A DNA stretch of 20,000 bases from an uncultured virus (IMG/VR IMGVR_UViG_3300011888_000003) (lineage: Duplodnaviria; Heunggongvirae; Uroviricota; Caudoviricetes): the IMG/VR virus record IMGVR_UViG_3300011888_000003; one strand, written 5' to 3'. Shown here piece by piece: positions 16,786 to 20,000 of this stretch. The notes beneath the pieces are model-generated. The model saw nothing but the letters and a program-made list of their open reading frames with translations. It did not search any database and had not been told where the DNA came from. Each line of letters begins with the position of its first letter. The first letter of the stretch is position 1. The position numbers were made by a program, and so were the translations under genes.

Positions 16786-19700
16786 ATGGCTCAGTATGGA
16801 AAAACCTTCTATGGTAATAGTTACTACGGGAACATCACGGCGTTCTCATCGACGTACATATCAAAAGCGTTTGACGCGGAGGAACCATTCACTGGGCCAA
16901 TCACCGTCTCTTTGGATGCTGTCTTGACGCGCCAGACTTATCGGGCGCAAGATGCAGAACTTCGAAAGGTCGGTGCTTGGTCTGTATCAGGTACGACATT
17001 GCGAACGACAGAAGTCGGCGCAACCATCAGCATGAACATGGGTGCATCTCGTGCGAAATTATTATTCACAAAACAAAGTGACGTCAATCAAACGTTCGAA
17101 CTAAAGATTGCGACACCAACAGGAACCGTTCTCCATACACAAAGTATCTCAACGACAGGTTCAGGAAATGGGAGCTATGAGTCTCCTATCTTCGACTATC
17201 AAGAAGTCATCGTCACTGTCACGGCAAAAACAGGTGGCGGAACATTCATCTTCCAAGGCATCGAAGCAGTCGTCACCGATGTGAAAGTAGAAGCGGGAGC
17301 TGGAACATCAACGACGAATATGACATATTCTCCGATTACATTAACGTATGCAAATGGTGTTTACACGGGAACGACGCCAAGCGTTGCGAACAAGCGATAT
17401 GTACGATTCAAGATTCATCTCGCTTCCTCTGATGATGATGCATCACCTGTCGTCAAATACATGGAGATGCGTTCAGGAGATGTCACGACACGAGCAGAGG
17501 ATGGATACTGGCGAGCAAGCATCAACATGGAGAATGTAGCACAAGCCAAAAGCAAGACGTTCAAAGAAGTTGTTGCTTTCGATTGGGTCGAGAATAAACC
17601 AGCGGCAACAGAAATCGATTACCGTTCCCGTGGTGCAGTCAGTGCAGGTTCAACGAACCTTGGAGCAGAGACAGCGGTCTATCGTAAAGGATATAAACGA
17701 TTGCGATTACCAGAAGGTATCACGGAAGGCTATATCGTGACAAAAAAACGAGTAGACCCACGTGAGTATTTGGGGACAAACTTGAATCGAATCAAACAAT
17801 GGCTTGATATGAATACATTGCTGTCGATGCCAACAGAAGAACTTGGACAAGAGATTGAAATCTCATTCTATGATGTCTATCCTTCAGCAGACAATGCCGA
17901 CATCACACCAGTAATCACGTTCAATCCGACAGAGGAAGAATCGACACGAGCACTCGCTTTATTTAATACGGCAGAAGTCGGTCTGTTCTACATCATGATT
18001 CGACTGAAGCGTCTATCAACGAAAGGGACACCGGTCGTTGACTGGATGAGTTTCGAATCAGAAATGGAATTCAAACAATCGATTAGTCCGACAGGTCTTG
18101 ATATTTCTGCCATTGATAATGGGACGGGTATCAAACTATTGAAGACATTGACAGGGACAGAGTTTTCATGGCCGACGAATGCCAATGCAAACGCTGTGAA
18201 CACGTCTGCTTTATCTCGTGCAAAGAAAGACTTATTGCTTTTGGATGAGACGAATCAGTATGGTCTGACGCTTTACTTCAAATCAAAAGAAGCGGCGACA
18301 CAAGGGCGTAATACGACGAATACGTTGACAGATGCCATTTGGGGAAAACTCGTTGCTGAAGATGCACCTTCGACGTCGACGGCACTCGACCCGAAAAAAC
18401 CTTATTTCCATTATCACTACAATGGAAGCACAGTACAGTATCTCATCAAAGACAAGCATGAGATGGGAACGGACTATACACCAGCATTGATTCAAGATAA
18501 AAAGTATCGCTACCGCATCATCAATGGACGACCAGATTCCTTCANNNNNNNNNNGCAAGTCACACGACCGATGACATGGGCAGAAGTGGCAGAAATCTTC
18601 AACGTCACGGTGACGGCATTAAAAGCCGTAAACCCTGGGAAGCTCGAATACGAAGGAAAACTCGTCGTCGGACAATCCATAAAGGAGCCGAACACGACGA
18701 AGAACACGAACGTTTCTCTGATATTCGAAGGAAAGTCCACGGTCACTGATGTCAGTCCTCACAATAAAAATGGTACGAGTGTCATCGTTGCCGAATTATT
18801 GACAGGAAACTATGGCTTCACGGAGTGGCGCTCTGAACAACGTATCTACACAGGATACTTGAACGTCAATGATTTACGTAGTCCTTATCAACGGGAACAA
18901 ATCAATAGTACGATTGTCGCCGGAGAGTCACAATATACGGTACTTGCCGGAGATACATATGCAAGTATTGCAAAGAAGAAGAGCGTTAACGTCATCGATT
19001 TACAACGTCTGAATAATGATGTGCCACTTGTCACAGGAAATCGCATTCGTGTGCCATCACCGTTGACGTTGCCGATTCTTGCTCCAGAAGTCATCTTTAC
19101 GGATGAAGCAGGTAATGCGCTTGATAATCCATATAAGATTACCATCATCGACAACTCGGTGAAGAAAAAAGACGGNNNNNNNNNNCGGTGGAGGAAAAAG
19201 ACGTAAACATCATCGACACGAACTTGGTCACGGTCGGCTCAGGAACGAAGCCAGGTATGCGTTATGATATCCAGGAGTCTGCACCTGTCTCTGTTAAAAT
19301 CACACGAGGAGCGATTGCGAACGGACGTGACCTTTTAGAACATAAGAACGTCAATCGTATCATCTCCATTGTAGATACGAACGGGGTCTCATATTCGAAG
19401 TATACGGATATCGGTGGAATCAAGACAGGTGATTATGTGATGGAAGGGAACTATGTCTCGTGGGTAGGACAACAGCAGTCGTCGAAAGAGCCTGCCGCTG
19501 GTGTCGAATACACCGTGACCTATACCTATAATCAAATCAAAAAAGTATACCTGACAATGGATTCCACTTACGTCGAAAAAGCAGGGTATGACATTCTGTG
19601 GCGTTCACCTGAAGTCAAAGAATATGAAGGCGTCGCGCGCCCAGATAGTGATTTCAAAATCAAGATTGCGGCACCTGAAAGCTTTGAAGGATATACAACA

Positions 19701-20000
19701 CGAATCGAAGACGTCGGATACGTCGTAGAAGATAATGACATTTGGGTCAAAACCTATATCGAACAAGAAGAGGATGGCTATTACCTCATCGGTACGATGG
19801 ATGGAGAAGACCCAGCGAAGAACTGGTATCCACTGATTGAGTCGGGATACTACTACTTGAATGATGAAGAACGATACTTGTACTCTGAACCGATTCAGAC
19901 TGTCTTTGGTAAAGAAGCAGTGCCACTTGCGAAAAACATCAAGTATCAAGATGGTGGCATCAAGCTGTCGAAAGCGGCAACCAACTATGTGGAGAATGGA
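16786..20000 (+). CDS. Large LysM-containing tail/baseplate protein, over 1000 aa, partial at the 3' end; apparent frameshift at the 19176-19185 gap
   Basis: RBS GAGGTG. N-terminal YGKTFYGNSYYG. Two LysM-like domains (18556-18690 and 18934-19056, YTVLAGDTYASIAKK...LQRLN). After the gap another frame (VEEKDVNIIDTNL...KAATNYVENG) is open from 19188 to 20000 with the same codon style. Confidence 0.75.
18545..18554. other. Assembly gap (10 N)
   Basis: Run of N. The reading frame happens to be preserved across it. Confidence 0.99.
19176..19185. other. Assembly gap (10 N)
   Basis: Run of N. The coding frame changes across it. Confidence 0.99.

Larger units (their letters stand above)
1..20000 (+). 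mobile_element. Tail/baseplate module of a large myovirus-type phage or prophage
   Basis: Co-oriented, tightly packed hub, muralytic, spike, gp25-like, baseplate J, wedge and fibre genes. No host housekeeping genes are present. Confidence 0.9.

Noticed and set aside
14550..19204. Diversity-generating retroelement target, suggested by A/G differences at a gap and gaps in fibre genes
   Set aside because: No reverse transcriptase and no ~100-bp template/variable repeat pair is seen in the window. The 19-bp near-duplicate is too short and includes a G/T difference.
19186..19206. Stop at 19206 ending an 806-aa protein, or a pseudogene/programmed frameshift
   Set aside because: The frame change coincides with a 10-N placeholder gap and another frame continues to the window end. 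An assembly artefact is the simpler explanation.
113..19949. Numerous short minus-strand and alternate-frame ORFs in the ORF track
   Set aside because: All overlap long plus-strand genes, have no recognisable motifs, and are the expected shadows of biased codon usage.
1..20000. T6SS, eCIS or tailocin instead of a phage
   Set aside because: No Tss membrane complex, ClpV or Afp15-like ATPase is present. Very large genes and restriction-site avoidance fit an infectious phage genome better. It cannot be fully excluded because capsid genes are outside the window.
1..20000. CRISPR array, tRNA, rRNA or structured ncRNA
   Set aside because: The window is almost fully coding, the largest intergenic gaps are 75 and 55 nt, and I saw no spaced direct repeats or cloverleaf.

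Overview
This window is a dense, all plus-strand tail and baseplate module of a large contractile-tailed (myovirus-type) phage or prophage. The host is probably a Gram-positive Bacillota member, inferred from strong AGGAGG ribosome-binding sites, LysM and M23 domains, and about 40% GC by eye. Gene order: 3' end of an upstream gene (probably tape measure); a 2574-aa multidomain hub protein; an SLT+M23 muralytic protein; an M15-type peptidase; two small genes that look like a split spike; gp25-like, baseplate-J-like and wedge genes; then three fibre/adsorption proteins (CBM-like, FN3, LysM). The last of these runs off the window and is broken only at an N-gap. The most unusual element is the giant protein. 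It joins an apparently intact staphylococcal-nuclease (SNase) domain, two tandem tube-like repeats, a catalytically degenerate transglycosylase, hydrophobic membrane segments and a gp27-like hub. The DNA also appears to lack GATC completely and GCWGC almost completely, which suggests restriction-site avoidance. All domain calls are by motif recognition only; no searches were run.
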